Source: Candidatus Omnitrophota bacterium
GTDB lineage: Bacteria > Omnitrophota > Gorgyraeia > Zapsychrales > JAKLDJ01
DNA length: 64,000 nucleotides
Assembly (NCBI GenBank): GCA_022703585.1
Contig: JAKLDJ010000003.1
Span: 206,250-270,249 of the forward strand
Direction of reading: 5' to 3'
A model generated the notes under the pieces. It did no database searches, was not told where the DNA came from, and saw nothing but the letters and a program-made list of their open reading frames with translations. This document shows positions 18,830-32,512 of the stretch, piece after piece. Each line of letters starts with the position of its first letter. The first letter of the stretch is position 1. Made by a program: the position numbers and the translations under genes.

Positions 18830-21800
18830 ATGATAAAAAGAAAAATACGCGATTTTAGCAAGATTCAGGATACCTTTGTCTTGCCTGGCCTGCTGGATGT
18901 TCAGGTGGAGTCTTATGCAAATTTTCTGCAGAAAGATGTGGCCTCTGACCAGCGTAAAGACCAGGGGCTAGAGGAGGTATTTCGCGAGGTTTTCCCTCTG
19001 GAAAGCTACGACGGGCAGATCCGGCTCGAATACATCAGCTACAGCATGGGGAAAGAAAAATATTCTTGCAATGAATGCCAAAGGCGCGGCATGACTTTTT
19101 CCGCGCCTCTGAAGGTTAAGCTACGGCTTATTACGCCCGTTGATATTAAGGAGCAGGAAGTCTATTTCGGCGATTTTCCGCTCATGACCGATACCGGAAC
19201 TTTTATCATCAACGGAGATGAGCGGGTTGTCGTTTCCCAAATACAGCGTTCTCCGGGTGTTTGCTTCGAAGAAGAGGAGCATCCTACCGGAAAGAGTATT
19301 TACTACGGACGTATTATTCCTTTGCGCGGGGCATGGTTTGAAATTAAGTATGACCTTAACGATGTCCTGATTGCTTATGTGGATCGACGCCGCAATTTTC
19401 CCGCAACTCAGATTTTAAGAATCTTAGGGCTTTCGACACCTGAGGATATGCAAAAGATGTTCCCTGAGAATTTTGACAAAATAAAGGGTACTTTGGAAAG
19501 GGATCATACTAATACCAAAGAGGAAGCCCTTTTAGATTTTTACCGTAAGATGAGGCCTACGGAGCCCGCCACGGCGGAGGTAGCGGAAACACTCTTTTAC
19601 AGATTATTCTTTGATCCCAAACGCTATGACCTAAGCAAGGTAGGGCGGTTTGTTATTAACCGGAAGCTCGGTACGGATGTTGCGATCGAAAACCGTGTCC
19701 TCGATCTCTCGACGGTGGTTGCGGTGATGCAGTACCTTATCGGCTTAAGAGACGGCCGCGGCCAGATAGACGATATTGACCATTTGGGTAATCGACGCGT
19801 TAAGAGTGTCGGGGAATTAGTTCAAAACCAGGTGCGTATCGGTCTTGCCCGCCTGGAACGGTCAATTAAAGAGCGCCTGGTCGTTATGAGCAATTTTGAA
19901 AATTTAACGGTTCACCACCTTATTAATTCACGGTTATTTTCGAATCAGGTTCAGGACTTCTTCGCGCGCAGCCAATTGTCCCAATTCATGGACCAGGTCA
20001 ACCCCTTAGCCGAAATGACCCACAAAAGAAGGATTAGTGCTATCGGCCCCGGTGGTTTGTCGCGTGAGCGCGCGGGTTTTGAGGTTCGCGACGTCCACCA
20101 TACTCATTACGGGCGCCTTTGCCCCATTGAGACACCCGAAGGTCCCAATATCGGTTTGATCGCATCCTTAACGACGTGCGCCCGGATTAACGAATTAGGA
20201 TTTATCGAAACGCCCTATCGCAAGGTCGTTGATGGCAAGGTAACTAAAAAGATTGAATATTTAACTGCTGATAATGATCAGGACAAATATATAGCCCAGG
20301 CTGATGCGCCAATTGATAAAGATGGAACTTTCTTAGAGAAGGACGTAGCCTGCCGGTACCGAACGGATTTTCCGAGAATGGTGCCTTCTAAAGTTGACCT
20401 TATGGATGTTTCGCCGAAACAGCTTGTTTCTGTGGCGGCGGCACTTATTCCTTTTCTGGAGCATGACGATGCCAATCGGGCCCTGATGGGTTCAAACATG
20501 CAGCGTCAGGCCGTTCCCCTGGTGGAGACCGAAGTCCCTTATGTAGGAACGGGGATGGAGGCAAAAGTTGCCAAAGATTCCGGTGTCGTGGTTGTGGCGA
20601 AAGAGGGGGGAAGGGTTAATCAGGTTGACGCCAAAGAGATTGTGATTGGCAAGACCTCGTATCCGTTAAAAACATTTGTCCGTTCGAATGCGAATACTTG
20701 TATTATCCAAAGGCCGATTGTGGAATTGGGCGAGCATGTCGAGGCCGGCCAAACGATTGCCGATGGAATTGCGACCAAGGAAGGCAAAATCGCCATGGGC
20801 CGCAACATCCTGGTCGCCTTTATGCCGTGGCGCGGTTATAATTTTGAAGATGCTATTATTATTAGCGAGAAAATCGTGCGCGAGGATAAATTTACCTCTA
20901 TCCACGTTGAAAAGTTTGAAATTGAGGCCCGCGAAACAAGGCTGGGCAACGAAGAGATCACTCGCGATATCCCTAATGTCGGAGAAGAGGCCCTTAAGGA
21001 TTTAACCGAAGAGGGGATTATCCGTATCGGTGCCGAGGTTAAAGCCGGTGATATCCTCGTCGGAAAAGTAACCCCGAAAAGCGAAAAAGAACTCTCCCCC
21101 GAGGAAAGGTTGTTACGGGCTATTTTTGGCGAGAAGGCTGCCGATATTCGGGATACTTCGCTGACACTTCCGCCCGGTATTGAAGGTGTCGTAGTCAATG
21201 TGGAATTATTCCAACGCAGCGAACGCGGCCGTAAATCCAAAGAAGATAAGGCCAAAGAAATGGCCACGATCAACAAAATCCGGGAATATCATAAGCAGGA
21301 AATCGAATTTATTGACCAGGAAAAAGAACGCAAACTCTGTAAAATCCTGGGTGTTGATAAAAAGAAATTTAGAAAGATGGACGCTGGCGATATCAACAGT
21401 AATGACGAAGCCCGCGAGATGCTGGAGTTTCTTAACGATAAGATTAAAGAGTTGGCGGAAGAAGAAGAGCAAGAGATCGATCGCGTTAAACGCGGCGACG
21501 AGTTGCCCGCCGGAGTTTTAAAGCGGGTGGTTGTGTATGTTGCCACAAAAAGAAAATTAGCCGAAGGCGATAAAATGGCCGGACGCCATGGTAACAAGGG
21601 TGTCCTTGCCAGGATCTTGCCTGAGGAGGATATGCCGTTTTTAGCCGACGGGACACCGATTCAAATTGTTTTGAATCCCTTAGGTGTTCCCTCTCGTATG
21701 AATGTCGGCCAGCTTCTTGAAACGCATTTGGGATGGGCTGCACATGCGCTCGGGCTTCATGCCGAGACGCCTGTTTTTAACGGTGCCACCGAAGAAGAAA

Positions 21801-22270
21801 TCCGAAGCCTCCTCAAAGAAGCCGGGCTGCCCGAAGAAGGCAAAACGACCGTTTATGACGGTTATACCGGAATTCCGTTTGATCAGAAAGTAACGGTGGG
21901 ATATATCTATATGTTGAAGTTGAATCATCTGGTCGACGAGAAAATCCATGCACGTTCCATCGGGCCCTATTCGCTGGTTACCCAGCAACCCCTCGGTGGT
22001 AAGGCGCATTTTGGAGGACAGCGTTTTGGAGAAATGGAAGTCTGGGCGCTGGAGGCGTACGGCGCAGCGTATACATTGCAAGAAATGATGACGGTTAAAA
22101 GCGATGACGTCTTGGGCCGCAGCCGTATCTATGAAGCCATTGTCAAGGGTGAGCAAAAATTAACTCCCGGCACGCCGGAGTCGTTCAACGTTTTGATCAA
22201 AGAGCTTCAGGGTTTGTGTCTGGATGTTAAAACCGAAAAGTCAGTCGTAGAGGTAAAGAAGGAAACCTAA
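18830..22270 (+). CDS. rpoB: DNA-directed RNA polymerase subunit beta
   Basis: 1146 aa with conserved beta-subunit blocks ([20 protein letters not shown], the rifampicin-pocket region, [19 protein letters not shown]). Confidence 0.98.
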   Translation: MIKRKIRDFSKIQDTFVLPGLLDVQVESYANFLQKDVASDQRKDQGLEEVFREVFPLESYDGQIRLEYISYSMGKEKYSCNECQRRGMTFSAPLKVKLRLITPVDIKEQEVYFGDFPLMTDTGTFIINGDERVVVSQIQRSPGVCFEEEEHPTGKSIYYGRIIPLRGAWFEIKYDLNDVLIAYVDRRRNFPATQILRILGLSTPEDMQKMFPENFDKIKGTLERDHTNTKEEALLDFYRKMRPTEPATAEVAETLFYRLFFDPKRYDLSKVGRFVINRKLGTDVAIENRVLDLSTVVAVMQYLIGLRDGRGQIDDIDHLGNRRVKSVGELVQNQVRIGLARLERSIKERLVVMSNFENLTVHHLINSRLFSNQVQDFFARSQLSQFMDQVNPLAEMTHKRRISAIGPGGLSRERAGFEVRDVHHTHYGRLCPIETPEGPNIGLIASLTTCARINELGFIETPYRKVVDGKVTKKIEYLTADNDQDKYIAQADAPIDKDGTFLEKDVACRYRTDFPRMVPSKVDLMDVSPKQLVSVAAALIPFLEHDDANRALMGSNMQRQAVPLVETEVPYVGTGMEAKVAKDSGVVVVAKEGGRVNQVDAKEIVIGKTSYPLKTFVRSNANTCIIQRPIVELGEHVEAGQTIADGIATKEGKIAMGRNILVAFMPWRGYNFEDAIIISEKIVREDKFTSIHVEKFEIEARETRLGNEEITRDIPNVGEEALKDLTEEGIIRIGAEVKAGDILVGKVTPKSEKELSPEERLLRAIFGEKAADIRDTSLTLPPGIEGVVVNVELFQRSERGRKSKEDKAKEMATINKIREYHKQEIEFIDQEKERKLCKILGVDKKKFRKMDAGDINSNDEAREMLEFLNDKIKELAEEEEQEIDRVKRGDELPAGVLKRVVVYVATKRKLAEGDKMAGRHGNKGVLARILPEEDMPFLADGTPIQIVLNPLGVPSRMNVGQLLETHLGWAAHALGLHAETPVFNGATEEEIRSLLKEAGLPEEGKTTVYDGYTGIPFDQKVTVGYIYMLKLNHLVDEKIHARSIGPYSLVTQQPLGGKAHFGGQRFGEMEVWALEAYGAAYTLQEMMTVKSDDVLGRSRIYEAIVKGEQKLTPGTPESFNVLIKELQGLCLDVKTEKSVVEVKKET

Positions 22271-22276
22271 AAAACT

Positions 22277-25200
22277 ATGAGCGAACCTAAAGCCTACGAT
22301 TGTATAACCATAAAGATTGCCTCGCCGCAGATCATTAAATCTTGGTCATTCGGCGTAGTCAAGAAGGCTGAGACCTTAAATTATCGTACCCTTAAGCCCG
22401 AAAAGGACGGACTTTTCTGCGAGAAGATTTTCGGCCCTGTCCGGGACTGGGAATGCAACTGCGGTAAATATAAAGGAATAAAATTCAAGGGGATTACCTG
22501 CGACCGCTGCGGAGTCTTGGTGACACGCTCGGCGGTCCGCCGTGAGCGCATGGGGCATATTGAATTGGCCTGTCCCGTTTCGCACATATGGTTTTATAAA
22601 TCCGTCCCAAGCAGACTTTCGGCCCTCCTCCAGTTGACCTTAAGGGATTTGGAGAAGATTATTTATTACGAAGAATATGTGGTTATTGATCCAGGCACGA
22701 CTCCTTTGAAGAAAAGAGACCTTCTTTCCGAAGACCAGTACCAGGAGAGCCTGTTAAAGTACGGCAACGCCTTTAAGGCAAAGATTGGTGCCGAGGCTAT
22801 TCGGGATCTTCTTAAGGAGTTGAACTTAGACGAACTCTGCAAAAAGCTTCGCAAGGAACTGGACAAAGCGAATCCTCAGGGCACGAATGCCAAGAAGATC
22901 GCCAAGACGTTAAAACTGGCGGAAGATTTTAAGAAATCCGGCAATCTTGCTGAATGGATGATCCTGGAAATTTTACCGGTTATTCCTCCGGATTTAAGAC
23001 CTCTCGTTCCCCTTGAGGGCGGAAGGTTTGCGACCTCGGATTTGAATGATTTATATCGTCGGGTTATCAACCGTAACCATCGTCTTAAGAAATTGCTGGA
23101 CTTAAACGCTCCTGAGATCATTATCCGTAACGAAAAACGGATGCTTCAGGAGGCAGTCGATGCCCTGTTAGATAACGGACGCCACGGGCGACCCGTCTTA
23201 GGCTCAGGCAACAGGCCCTTAAAGTCTTTGTCCGACATGCTTAAAGGCAAGCAGGGACGTTTCCGTATGAATCTTTTGGGTAAACGCGTTGATTATTCGG
23301 GCCGCTCGGTTATTGTTGTCGGGCCTGAGCTGAAACTCCATCAATGCGGTTTACCGAAAAAGATGGCCCTAGAGCTTTTTGAGCCCTTTATTATTAGGAA
23401 GCTTAGGGAAAAAGGTTTTGTGCATACGATCAAAGGCGCCAAACGGATGGTCGAGCGGGCCAAGATCGAAGTCTGGGATATCTTAGACGAGGTCATTAAA
23501 GATCACCCCGTCATGCTTAACCGTGCGCCGACTTTGCACCGCTTAAGCGTCCAGGCATTTCAGCCGATTTTAGTAGAAGGAAAGGCCATCAAGCTGCATC
23601 CGTTAGTCTGCTCGGCCTTTAACGCTGATTTTGACGGAGACCAGATGGCGGTGCATGTTCCCCTGTCGCTGGAAGCGCAGATCGAATGCCGGGTAGAGCT
23701 GTTGTCGATTAATAATATTTTTTCTCCTGCCGACGGAAGACCGATTGTATCTCCGACCCAGGATGTTATCCTCGGTCTTTATTATCTCACCAAGGACAAG
23801 CCGGGGGATTTGGGAGAGGGAAGAGTATTCGCGACGGCCGAAGAGGCAATGATTGCCTTTAACGACGGTTTGATAGGAATGCATGCCAGGATAAAACTGA
23901 ATCTCAAAACCCCGGTCTGGGGCGATGAGAAACCCTCGCTAGTTATTTCGCAGGAACAGATTTTAAAAGAAGGCGATAAGCATATCAAGGAAAAGAAGTC
24001 CGTACCCCTCGTCGAAACGACCATCGGACGGATTATGGTCAACGAGCTTTTACCTAAAGATTACGGTTTCGTGAACGAAACTTTAAGCAAGCAAAAAGTC
24101 GGCGCCGTTGTTTCCGATTGCTATAAAAGATTCGGTCAGCATGAGACGGTATTGCTCTTAGACGCTCTTAAAGGCCTTGGTTTTAAGTCAGCGACACTGG
24201 CCGGGATTTCTATCGGGATCGACGATTTGAAGGTTCCCAAGGATAAGGAAGCCTTTTTGAAGAATGCCAAACAGGAAGTTGCCAGAGTTGAGGACCAATA
24301 TCGCAAAGGTGTTATTACCGGCCGGGAACGTTACAATAAAATTATCGACGTTTGGACGCACGCGACTGAGTCTTTGTCGGACATGGTTTTTAAGAATATG
24401 GATCCGTTTAATCCGGTCTTCATTATGGCAGATTCCGGAGCGCGTGGTTCCCGGTTACAGATCCGTCAGCTTTCCGGGATGAGAGGGTTGATGGCCAAGC
24501 CGTCGGGCGAGATTATCGAGAATCCTATTACCTCCAGCTTCCGCGAAGGGCTTTCGGTTTTGGAATATTTTATTTCGACTCACGGCGCCAGAAAAGGTTT
24601 GGCGGATACCGCTTTAAAGACGGCTGATGCCGGTTATTTAACCCGCCGCTTAGTCGATGTCTCCCAGGAACTTGTTATTACCGAGTCGGATTGCGGTACG
24701 TTAAACGGTACCACTGTTTCGGCTATTATTGAAGGTGACGAAGTTGTTGTCAGCTTAAGAGAGAGAATCGTTGGCCGTGTTGCCCTTGATAACATTGTTG
24801 ATGTCATTACGGACCAATTGATTGTGGAGGCCGGACAGGAGATTACCGAAGAGAAGGCAGATTTGATTGAGCAGCTGGGGATCGAAAAAGTCCGCATCCG
24901 AAGCGTCTTAACCTGTGAATCAGAGCGGGGGGTGTGTATACGCTGCTATGGAAGAAATTTGGCCACCCAGCGCTTGGTTGAGGTGGGTGAGGCCGTCGGT
25001 ACGATTGCGGCCCAGAGTATCGGAGAGCCGGGTACACAGCTGACCATGAGAACGTTTCACATCGGCGGTACGGCAAGCCGTACCATTGAACAATCCTTTA
25101 TCCGCTCCAAGAATAAAGGCCTTATTAAATATCATAAATTGCGGGTTGTCGAAAAGAATAAAGAATACATTGTCCTTAACCGTAACGGATCGATCAGTAT

Positions 25201-26383
25201 TAACGATGACATGGGCCGGGAATTTGAGCGCCATCAGCTGCCGCAGGGCGCGGTGATCACTATTCCCGACGGAGCAGAGATTAACAAAGGGGTCACCTTT
25301 GTCAGCTGGGATCCGTACACGATTCCGATTATTACCGAAGTTAAGGGTATGGTTAATTTTGAGGACTTAAAAGAAGACGTGACCGTCCGGGAAGAACAGA
25401 ATCCGGTCACCGGCATTGTCGAACGTGTTGTGGTTGAGCACAAACATGAATTTCATCCCCAGATTATTGTTACGGACGAGAAAAAAGAAGTTTTGGGAAT
25501 TTACTCTATTCCGGTGGGGGCGCATATTTTGGTTAAAGACAGGGCAACGATTAACGCCGGAGAATTGGTTGCCAAGATTCCCCGTAGTGCCGGTAAGACC
25601 AGGGATATCACCGGTGGTTTGCCGCGGGTTGCCGAATTGTTCGAGGCCAGACGGCCTAAAGATCCGGCGGTCATTAGCGAAATCGACGGTTTTGTCGAAT
25701 TCGGCGAAGACAAAAAAGGTTTACGCAAGATCATTGTCAGAAGCACGACGGGCATGGCAAAAGAATATACGATACCGCACGGAAAACATCCCAACGTTTA
25801 CAAAGGTGACCGTGTTTTTGCCGGGCAGCAATTGACGGACGGCCCTGTTGTTCCTCAGGATATCCTTCGGGTTTGCGGGGATAAGGTTTTGCAGGAATAT
25901 TTATTAAACGAAATCCAGGAGGTCTATCGTCTTCAGGGTGTCCGGATTAATGATAAGCATATTGAGTTGATTATTTGCCAGATGTTAAAGAAAGTTCGCA
26001 TTGAAGAATCCGGTGATACGGAACTTCTTATCGGCCAGCAGGTTGATCGTTCTGAGTTCCGAAAGGCCAATCAGGAGGCTTTAAAAAAGAAGGGAAAACC
26101 GGCATCGGCAACGCCGTTACTCCTTGGTATTACGAAAGTTTCGCTTACAACCGAAAGTTTCATTTCGGCTGCCAGCTTCCAAGAAACAACAAGAGTCTTG
26201 ACAGAGGCGGCTGCTTCTGGTAAAACAGACAACTTGCGCGGGCTGAAGGAAAACGTTATTGTAGGTCACCTGATTCCGGCGGGAACAGGATTTCTAAAAT
26301 ACGATGATATCCAATTGGTAAAATATGCCGACAATATCACAACTGATCAGAATACGAAGAAGACAGAAGGCAAAGAAGAGTAA
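22277..26383 (+). CDS. rpoC: DNA-directed RNA polymerase subunit beta'
   Basis: 1368 aa with a zinc finger (CNCGKYKG...CDRCG) and the catalytic [12 protein letters not shown] motif. Confidence 0.98.
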   Translation: MSEPKAYDCITIKIASPQIIKSWSFGVVKKAETLNYRTLKPEKDGLFCEKIFGPVRDWECNCGKYKGIKFKGITCDRCGVLVTRSAVRRERMGHIELACPVSHIWFYKSVPSRLSALLQLTLRDLEKIIYYEEYVVIDPGTTPLKKRDLLSEDQYQESLLKYGNAFKAKIGAEAIRDLLKELNLDELCKKLRKELDKANPQGTNAKKIAKTLKLAEDFKKSGNLAEWMILEILPVIPPDLRPLVPLEGGRFATSDLNDLYRRVINRNHRLKKLLDLNAPEIIIRNEKRMLQEAVDALLDNGRHGRPVLGSGNRPLKSLSDMLKGKQGRFRMNLLGKRVDYSGRSVIVVGPELKLHQCGLPKKMALELFEPFIIRKLREKGFVHTIKGAKRMVERAKIEVWDILDEVIKDHPVMLNRAPTLHRLSVQAFQPILVEGKAIKLHPLVCSAFNADFDGDQMAVHVPLSLEAQIECRVELLSINNIFSPADGRPIVSPTQDVILGLYYLTKDKPGDLGEGRVFATAEEAMIAFNDGLIGMHARIKLNLKTPVWGDEKPSLVISQEQILKEGDKHIKEKKSVPLVETTIGRIMVNELLPKDYGFVNETLSKQKVGAVVSDCYKRFGQHETVLLLDALKGLGFKSATLAGISIGIDDLKVPKDKEAFLKNAKQEVARVEDQYRKGVITGRERYNKIIDVWTHATESLSDMVFKNMDPFNPVFIMADSGARGSRLQIRQLSGMRGLMAKPSGEIIENPITSSFREGLSVLEYFISTHGARKGLADTALKTADAGYLTRRLVDVSQELVITESDCGTLNGTTVSAIIEGDEVVVSLRERIVGRVALDNIVDVITDQLIVEAGQEITEEKADLIEQLGIEKVRIRSVLTCESERGVCIRCYGRNLATQRLVEVGEAVGTIAAQSIGEPGTQLTMRTFHIGGTASRTIEQSFIRSKNKGLIKYHKLRVVEKNKEYIVLNRNGSISINDDMGREFERHQLPQGAVITIPDGAEINKGVTFVSWDPYTIPIITEVKGMVNFEDLKEDVTVREEQNPVTGIVERVVVEHKHEFHPQIIVTDEKKEVLGIYSIPVGAHILVKDRATINAGELVAKIPRSAGKTRDITGGLPRVAELFEARRPKDPAVISEIDGFVEFGEDKKGLRKIIVRSTTGMAKEYTIPHGKHPNVYKGDRVFAGQQLTDGPVVPQDILRVCGDKVLQEYLLNEIQEVYRLQGVRINDKHIELIICQMLKKVRIEESGDTELLIGQQVDRSEFRKANQEALKKKGKPASATPLLLGITKVSLTTESFISAASFQETTRVLTEAAASGKTDNLRGLKENVIVGHLIPAGTGFLKYDDIQLVKYADNITTDQNTKKTEGKEE

Positions 26384-26696
26384 GTCACCGGCTTTAACCA
26401 GCTGCCCGCAGCGTCGGGGAGTGTGTTTGCAGGTTAAGACCATGACGCCTAAGAAGCCTAACTCGGCCTTGCGCAAAATCGCCAGGGTGCGCCTTTCAAA
26501 CGGGGTTGAGGTCACTTCCTACATTCCCGGCGAAGGACATAATCTGCAGGAGCACTCGATTGTTTTAGTCAGAGGCGGCCGCGTTAAAGATTTACCGGGT
26601 GTGCGTTATCATATTGTACGCGGTACCCTGGATACGGCCGGTGTTGCTGACAGAAAGAAATCGCGCTCAAAGTACGGCGCCAAGAGGGACAAATAA
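26325..26696 (+). CDS. rpsL: 30S ribosomal protein S12
   Basis: MPTISQLIR...[10 protein letters not shown]...[13 protein letters not shown]. The start lies 59 nt inside the 3' end of rpoC. Confidence 0.95.
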   Translation: MPTISQLIRIRRRQKAKKSKSPALTSCPQRRGVCLQVKTMTPKKPNSALRKIARVRLSNGVEVTSYIPGEGHNLQEHSIVLVRGGRVKDLPGVRYHIVRGTLDTAGVADRKKSRSKYGAKRDK

Positions 26697-27166
26697 TGCG
26701 TAGACGTCGTCCAGAAAAAAGAGAAGCAATCCCTGACCCGAAATACTTCAGCCCCCTGGTGGCTAAATTTATTAACGCCGTTATGGTTGAGGGTAAAAAA
26801 TCAACTGCCGAAAAAATCGTTTATGGGGCTTTTGATATTTTAAAACAAAAGGCAGGCGAAGAAGATATCGTTAAGATTTTTAATAAAGCGATTGATAATG
26901 TCCGTCCGCGGGTCGAACTAAAACCGCGACGCGTCGGAGGCGCTACCTACCAGATTCCGGTCGAGGTTGACATCAACCGGGGGACGTCGGTGGCCATGCG
27001 CTGGATAAGAGATTTTTCCCGGACTAAAAAGGGAAGACCGATGACCAATAAATTAGCCGACGAACTTTTGGCTGCCTACAAAGGCGAAGGCCCGGCGGTT
27101 AAGAAACGTGATGAAACCCATAAGATGGCGGAGGCCAACAAGGCCTTTGCCCATTTGAGGTGGTAA
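26696..27166 (+). CDS. rpsG: 30S ribosomal protein S7
   Basis: S7 homology, 156 aa. Confidence 0.95.
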   Translation: MRRRRPEKREAIPDPKYFSPLVAKFINAVMVEGKKSTAEKIVYGAFDILKQKAGEEDIVKIFNKAIDNVRPRVELKPRRVGGATYQIPVEVDINRGTSVAMRWIRDFSRTKKGRPMTNKLADELLAAYKGEGPAVKKRDETHKMAEANKAFAHLRW

Positions 27167-27170
27167 TTTA

Positions 27171-29267
27171 ATGGCAAAGAAAGCACCCTTAGAGATGGTC
27201 AGGAATATCGGCGTTATTGCTCACATTGATGCGGGCAAGACAACGACGACCGAACGCTTCCTCTATTATACCGGGGTTATCCATAAGATCGGGGATATTG
27301 ACGAAGGAACAACCACGATGGATTGGATGCCTCAGGAGCAGGAGAGAGGGATCACTATTACCTCAGCCAGCACGACCTGTTTTTGGGGTGACTACCAGAT
27401 TAATATTATTGATACTCCCGGGCACGTTGATTTTACGGTTGAGGTCGAGCGGTCTCTTAAGGTCCTTGACGGTGCCGTTGTTGTTCTTTGCGCCTCGAGC
27501 GGTGTTCAGCCGCAGACAGAAACAGTCTGGAGGCAGGCAGACCGCTACAAGGTTCCGCGTATCGCTTTTATCAATAAGATGGACAGGATGGGGGCTGACT
27601 TTGATCATGTCCTGGAGCAAATGTACGATCGCTTAGGCGCTCATGCCGCTCCTATTCAGATTCCGTATGGTCAGGCTGAAGATTTTAAAGGGATCATTGA
27701 TCTGATTAATGAAAAACTTATTACCTATACCGATGCCGAAGGCCTGGAAATAGTCCGCCAAGAAATTCCTGCCGACTGGAAAGAAAAAGTCAAGAAATAC
27801 CGCCACGATTTAATTGAAAAAGTTGCTGAAATTGACGATGCCATGATGGACAGTTTTGTTCACGGCAAGGAAATTTCGGTTGAAGATATCATGTTCGCCA
27901 TCCGCCGGGGCGTTATCAAGAATGAATTTATCCCTGTCCTGTGCGGCACGTCGCTGCGCAATCGAGGCGTTCAGATGGTGATTGATGCCGTCTGCGATTA
28001 TCTGCCGTCTCCTTTGGAGGTTCCGGCGATTACGGGCAAGGAGCCTAAGACCGGCGAGCATATTGAACGCCTGGCCGATGAAAACGAACCTTTAAGTGCC
28101 TTGGTGTTTAAACTCGCCTTGGATCCGTATGTCGGAAAATTATTTTATACCAGGATTTATTCCGGAAAGATTATTTCAGGAAGCACGGTCTATAACGCGA
28201 CCAAGAGGACGAAAGAACGGATTGCTAAAATTGTCTGGATGCATGCCAATAAGCAGGAAATTGTTGATCAGGCTACGGCCGGCGATATTATCGCTCTGGT
28301 CGGTTTAAAGGATTCCAAAACAGGGGACACGCTCTGCGAGCAGGATACGCCGATTATTTTAGAGAGCATGAGAATGCCCGAGCCGGTTGTTTCCATGGCA
28401 ATTGAACCGAAAACAAAAGCCGATCAGGATAAGATCGGTATGACCTTAAAGAAATTTGCGGATGAAGATCCTTCGTTTAGGTTCAAATATAACACTGAGA
28501 CGGCAGAAACCATTATTTCCGGCATGGGCGAACTGCATTTGGATATTATTGTTGATCGCATGCGCCGTGAATTCAATCTGGAGGCCAATGTCGGTCGCCC
28601 GCAAGTTGCCTATAAAGAAACTATTACCCGTAAAGTGGAAGGTGTTACCGGAAAATATATTATGCAAAGCGGCGGTAAAGGTCAATACGGCCATGTCATT
28701 ATTGACGTGGCTCCTGCCGAAGAAAAAGGCAAAGGAGTGGAATTTATCGATAAAATCCGCGGCGGTTCTATTCCCAGGGAATTTATTAAACCTTGCGAAG
28801 AAGGTATCCGCACTGCGGCGTTAAACGGCGTTTTAGGGAGTTATCCTGTCACGGATATTGTTGTTACGCTTGTCGATGGTTCTTACCACGATGTTGACTC
28901 CAGCGAGCTTGCATTCCAACTGGCGGCAAAATATGCCCTGCATGATGCTCTGCGTCTTGGCAAACCGGTTTTCTTGGAGCCTATTATGGATATTGAGGTA
29001 ACCGTTCCCGATGACTTTATGGGGCAGGTTATTGGAGATTTAAATACCCGTCGGGCAAAAATTGTTTCGATGGGAACACGGGGAAAGCTTAAAACGGCAC
29101 GCTGCGAAGTACCTCTGGCAGAAATGTTTAACTATGCAAATGCGGTGCGTTCGTTATCACAGGGCCGCGCCACTTTCTCGATGGAACCGGCGTTTTACGC
29201 CGAGGTCCCGGGGCACGTGGCAGAGAAGATTATAGGCAAAAAAGCAGCAATGGCCGAGAAAAAATAA
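27171..29267 (+). CDS. fusA: elongation factor G
   Basis: G-domain ([21 protein letters not shown]), 698 aa. Confidence 0.97.
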   Translation: MAKKAPLEMVRNIGVIAHIDAGKTTTTERFLYYTGVIHKIGDIDEGTTTMDWMPQEQERGITITSASTTCFWGDYQINIIDTPGHVDFTVEVERSLKVLDGAVVVLCASSGVQPQTETVWRQADRYKVPRIAFINKMDRMGADFDHVLEQMYDRLGAHAAPIQIPYGQAEDFKGIIDLINEKLITYTDAEGLEIVRQEIPADWKEKVKKYRHDLIEKVAEIDDAMMDSFVHGKEISVEDIMFAIRRGVIKNEFIPVLCGTSLRNRGVQMVIDAVCDYLPSPLEVPAITGKEPKTGEHIERLADENEPLSALVFKLALDPYVGKLFYTRIYSGKIISGSTVYNATKRTKERIAKIVWMHANKQEIVDQATAGDIIALVGLKDSKTGDTLCEQDTPIILESMRMPEPVVSMAIEPKTKADQDKIGMTLKKFADEDPSFRFKYNTETAETIISGMGELHLDIIVDRMRREFNLEANVGRPQVAYKETITRKVEGVTGKYIMQSGGKGQYGHVIIDVAPAEEKGKGVEFIDKIRGGSIPREFIKPCEEGIRTAALNGVLGSYPVTDIVVTLVDGSYHDVDSSELAFQLAAKYALHDALRLGKPVFLEPIMDIEVTVPDDFMGQVIGDLNTRRAKIVSMGTRGKLKTARCEVPLAEMFNYANAVRSLSQGRATFSMEPAFYAEVPGHVAEKIIGKKAAMAEKK

Positions 29268-29300
29268 AAGGGAGAACAACGTAAAAAAAGGGGGTTAAAA

Positions 29301-30494
29301 ATGGCAAAGGACAAATTTGTAAGAAATAAACCGCACATGAATATCGGTACCATTGGTCACGTCGATCACGGCAAGACCACCTTAAGTGCTGCCATTACGA
29401 TGGCGCTCAGCAAGAAGGGTTTTGCTCAAGTGCGTACCTATGATTCCATCGATAACGCTCCCGAAGAGAGAGAGCGCGGCGTTACCATCAATATTGCGCA
29501 TATCGAGTATGAAACAGATAAGAGGCATTATGCGCATATTGATTGCCCCGGTCACGCGGACTATATCAAGAACATGATTACCGGCGCGGCCCAGATGGAC
29601 GGCGCGATTCTTGTTGTTTCCGCAGCCGACGGCCCGATGCCCCAGACACGCGAGCATATTCTTTTGGCGCGCCAGGTCAACGTTCCTTCGATTGTTGTTT
29701 TCTTGAATAAATGTGACCAGGTCGAGGACAAAGAACTTCTTGATCTCGTCGAGCTGGAAGTAAGAGACTTGTTAACCAAATACAAATTCCCGGGCGATAA
29801 AACACCGATTATCCGCGGAAGTGCTTTGGAAGCGATGAATCACCCTGATGATGCAACCAAGGTGCAGCCGATTCTGGATCTGATGAAGGCGGTGGATGAT
29901 TTTATTCCTCAGCCGGCGAGAGACTTGGATAAGCCGTTTATGATGGCTGTCGAAGATATCTTTTCGATTTCCGGACGCGGTACGGTTTCAACCGGCAGGA
30001 TCGAGCGAGGAATCGTTAAAGTGGGTGAAGACATCGATGTTGTCGGTCTTCGTCCTCAGGTTCAAAAGACAGTTGTGACCGGCGTTGAAATGTTCAGGAA
30101 GGAACTTGACGAAGGCCAGGCCGGCGATAACGTGGGGCTGTTATTAAGAGGTATGGATAAGAATTCTATCGAGCGCGGCATGGTTTTGGCCAAGCCGGGA
30201 TCGATCACTCCTCATACCAATTTCAAGGCCCAGGTCTACATCTTGACCAAGGAAGAAGGCGGCCGCCATACGCCGTTTTTTAAAGGCTACAGGCCGCAAT
30301 TCTATTTTAGAACGACCGACGTTACCGGGACGGCTAATCTTCCCGCGGGCGTTGAAATGTGTATGCCCGGCGACACGGTTCAGCTGGAAGTTGAACTGAT
30401 TACGCCGGTTGCCATGGAGAAAGAGTCACGTTTCGCTATTCGCGAGGGCGGTCGTACCGTCGGCGCGGGAGTTGTTGCCGAGGTTATTAAGTAA
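29301..30494 (+). CDS. tuf: elongation factor Tu
   Basis: [22 protein letters not shown] motifs. 397 aa. Confidence 0.98.
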   Translation: MAKDKFVRNKPHMNIGTIGHVDHGKTTLSAAITMALSKKGFAQVRTYDSIDNAPEERERGVTINIAHIEYETDKRHYAHIDCPGHADYIKNMITGAAQMDGAILVVSAADGPMPQTREHILLARQVNVPSIVVFLNKCDQVEDKELLDLVELEVRDLLTKYKFPGDKTPIIRGSALEAMNHPDDATKVQPILDLMKAVDDFIPQPARDLDKPFMMAVEDIFSISGRGTVSTGRIERGIVKVGEDIDVVGLRPQVQKTVVTGVEMFRKELDEGQAGDNVGLLLRGMDKNSIERGMVLAKPGSITPHTNFKAQVYILTKEEGGRHTPFFKGYRPQFYFRTTDVTGTANLPAGVEMCMPGDTVQLEVELITPVAMEKESRFAIREGGRTVGAGVVAEVIK

Positions 30495-30570
30495 AAGGTA
30501 ACTGACGAAGCGTTTGACACAGTAATTAAAGAAGCAAGAAACGAACAAAAATGCGAGGCGGTACTTTTTA

Positions 30571-30879
30571 ATGGCTGTACAGAAAATAAGAATCAAGCTC
30601 AAGGCATACGACCACAGGCTTATTGACCAGTCGACCCAGGAAATTGTCGATACGGCGGTACGTACCGGTGCAAAAGTTTCGGGCCCCATCCCTTTGCCAA
30701 CGAAAAAAGAATTGTACACGGTACTCAGGTCGCCTTTTATCGATAAGAAATCCAGGGAGCAATTTAGGCTGGCGACGCATAAGCGCTTGATCGACTTAGT
30801 CGATCCTACGGCCAAAACGGTCGAAGCGCTCAGGAAGCTTAATTTGCCGGCCGGTGTGGACGTAGAGATTAAGCAATAA
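30571..30879 (+). CDS. rpsJ: 30S ribosomal protein S10
   Basis: [16 protein letters not shown]. 102 aa. Confidence 0.95.
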   Translation: MAVQKIRIKLKAYDHRLIDQSTQEIVDTAVRTGAKVSGPIPLPTKKELYTVLRSPFIDKKSREQFRLATHKRLIDLVDPTAKTVEALRKLNLPAGVDVEIKQ

Positions 30880-30897
30880 GCATTAGAGGTGTCTTAA

Positions 30898-31608
30898 ATG
30901 ATACGCGGTTTGTTGGGAAAAAAGATCGGGATGACGCAGATTTTTGATACCGACGGAAACGTTGTTCCGGTGACGGCATTGGAAGCAGGCCCCTGTTATG
31001 TCCTGGCGCTTCAAGATGCACCTTTGAAGGTGAAGGTGGGTTTTGAGGAGGTCAGAGAAACAAGGGTCAAAAAACCGCAGCTTGGTTTCTTTAAGAAGAT
31101 CGGCACAAAACCGCTTCGCATGGTCAGGGAGTTTTCTTCTTCCGACAATAAAGATTACAAGGTCGGCCAGGAATTAAAGGCAGATGTTTTTAAGCCGGGT
31201 GATTTTGTTGACGTGACCGGCACATCGATAGGAAAAGGTTTTCAAGGCGGTATGAAACGCTGGAACTGGAAAGGCGGCCCGAAGTCTCACGGTTCAATGA
31301 GTCATCGTCGCCCCGGTTCTATCGGTTCGAGCAGCTTTCCGTCGCGCGTCTGGAAAGGGCATCACATGCCCGGCCATATGGGCGCGGTCAGGGTGACGAC
31401 TCAGAATTTACGCGTTATGAAGGTCGACCCTGAAAATAATATGATTCTGATAAAAGGCGCGATTCCGGGCCATAAAAATAGTTATGTGGAAATTAACCGC
31501 TCCCTTAAGAAAGTCTTCCAGCCGCTTGATCAAAAGAGGGAAACCGTGGCGAAGAAGCGAAATCCGATGAAGCAAAGCAAGGCCAAGGCTAAAGGAAAAG
31601 GCGAATAA
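30898..31608 (+). CDS. rplC: 50S ribosomal protein L3
   Basis: L3 homology with a C-terminal basic extension. Confidence 0.95.
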   Translation: MIRGLLGKKIGMTQIFDTDGNVVPVTALEAGPCYVLALQDAPLKVKVGFEEVRETRVKKPQLGFFKKIGTKPLRMVREFSSSDNKDYKVGQELKADVFKPGDFVDVTGTSIGKGFQGGMKRWNWKGGPKSHGSMSHRRPGSIGSSSFPSRVWKGHHMPGHMGAVRVTTQNLRVMKVDPENNMILIKGAIPGHKNSYVEINRSLKKVFQPLDQKRETVAKKRNPMKQSKAKAKGKGE

Positions 31609-31609
31609 C

Positions 31610-32236
31610 ATGCCGTTATTACCGATCATTAACAATCAAGGCCAGAAGGTAGAGGATGTTGAATTGCCCGATACGCTTTTTGGCGGGCCGGTGAATCAAG
31701 ATGTGATTCATCAGGCGGTTGTCATGTATAACGCTAACCACCGTCAAGGGAACGCCTCGACTAAGGAAAGAGGCGCTGTCTCCGGCGGGGGCAAGAAACC
31801 TTTTCGCCAAAAAGGAACCGGCCGGGCACGCGCGGGTTCTATTCGTTCTCCTTTGTGGCACGGCGGCGGTGTCGTATTTGGCCCGCACCCGAGGGATTTT
31901 AGCTATAGCATTCCTCAAAAAATGAAGGTGGCGGCGCTACGCGAAAGCATTAATGCTAAATATCACTCCAAAGATTTATTGTGTGTCGACCGGCTAACAG
32001 TCACCTCGCCTAAGACAAAAGATTTTGTTAAAACGCTGATCGCGCTTAAGCTAACCGAAGGGAAAACCTTAGCTCTTTTAGACACGAATGATCCTGACAT
32101 CAAAAAGGTATCGCGCAACATCCCGTTTTTCAGCTTCATGCGCGCCGAGGATGTTAACGCCTACGATATTTTGAGGAATCAAAAAATTTTAGTGACCAAA
32201 GCCGCGTTAAAAAATTTACTGAAGAGAATAAAATGA
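31610..32236 (+). CDS. rplD: 50S ribosomal protein L4
   Basis: L4 homology, 208 aa. Confidence 0.95.
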   Translation: MPLLPIINNQGQKVEDVELPDTLFGGPVNQDVIHQAVVMYNANHRQGNASTKERGAVSGGGKKPFRQKGTGRARAGSIRSPLWHGGGVVFGPHPRDFSYSIPQKMKVAALRESINAKYHSKDLLCVDRLTVTSPKTKDFVKTLIALKLTEGKTLALLDTNDPDIKKVSRNIPFFSFMRAEDVNAYDILRNQKILVTKAALKNLLKRIK

Positions 32237-32511
32237 AGATCAGCTACGACGTCATCAAGACGATTATCCGTACCGAAAAAGGCGTGACTTTAGAACCGCA
32301 ACGGCAGTATTTATTTCACGTTGCCAAGACGGCGACCAAGATCGACATTAAAAGAGCGGTTCAGGAGATTTATAGCGTTAAGGTTCAGGATGTCCGCACC
32401 ATGGTTATGCCGGGCAAAGAAAAAAGAGTGCGCCAGCAGCTGGGCCGCACCCCGGACTGGAAAAAAGCTATTGTGACCCTTCGAGAGGGCCAGAAGATAG
32501 AGGTTATGTAA
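32233..32511 (+). CDS. rplW: 50S ribosomal protein L23
   Basis: L23 homology, 92 aa. Confidence 0.9.
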   Translation: MKISYDVIKTIIRTEKGVTLEPQRQYLFHVAKTATKIDIKRAVQEIYSVKVQDVRTMVMPGKEKRVRQQLGRTPDWKKAIVTLREGQKIEVM

Positions 32512-32512
32512 A

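Noticed and set aside
20278-22156. Series of minus-strand and alternate-frame ORFs (73-158 aa) inside rpoB
   Set aside because: Shadow ORFs within a highly conserved, continuously coding RpoB frame. Low-complexity translations with no motifs.
26325-26383. Moving the rpsL start downstream to avoid the rpoC overlap
   Set aside because: The conserved S12 N-terminus (PTI[N/S]QL) aligns exactly with the 26325 ATG. No alternative in-frame start preserves it.
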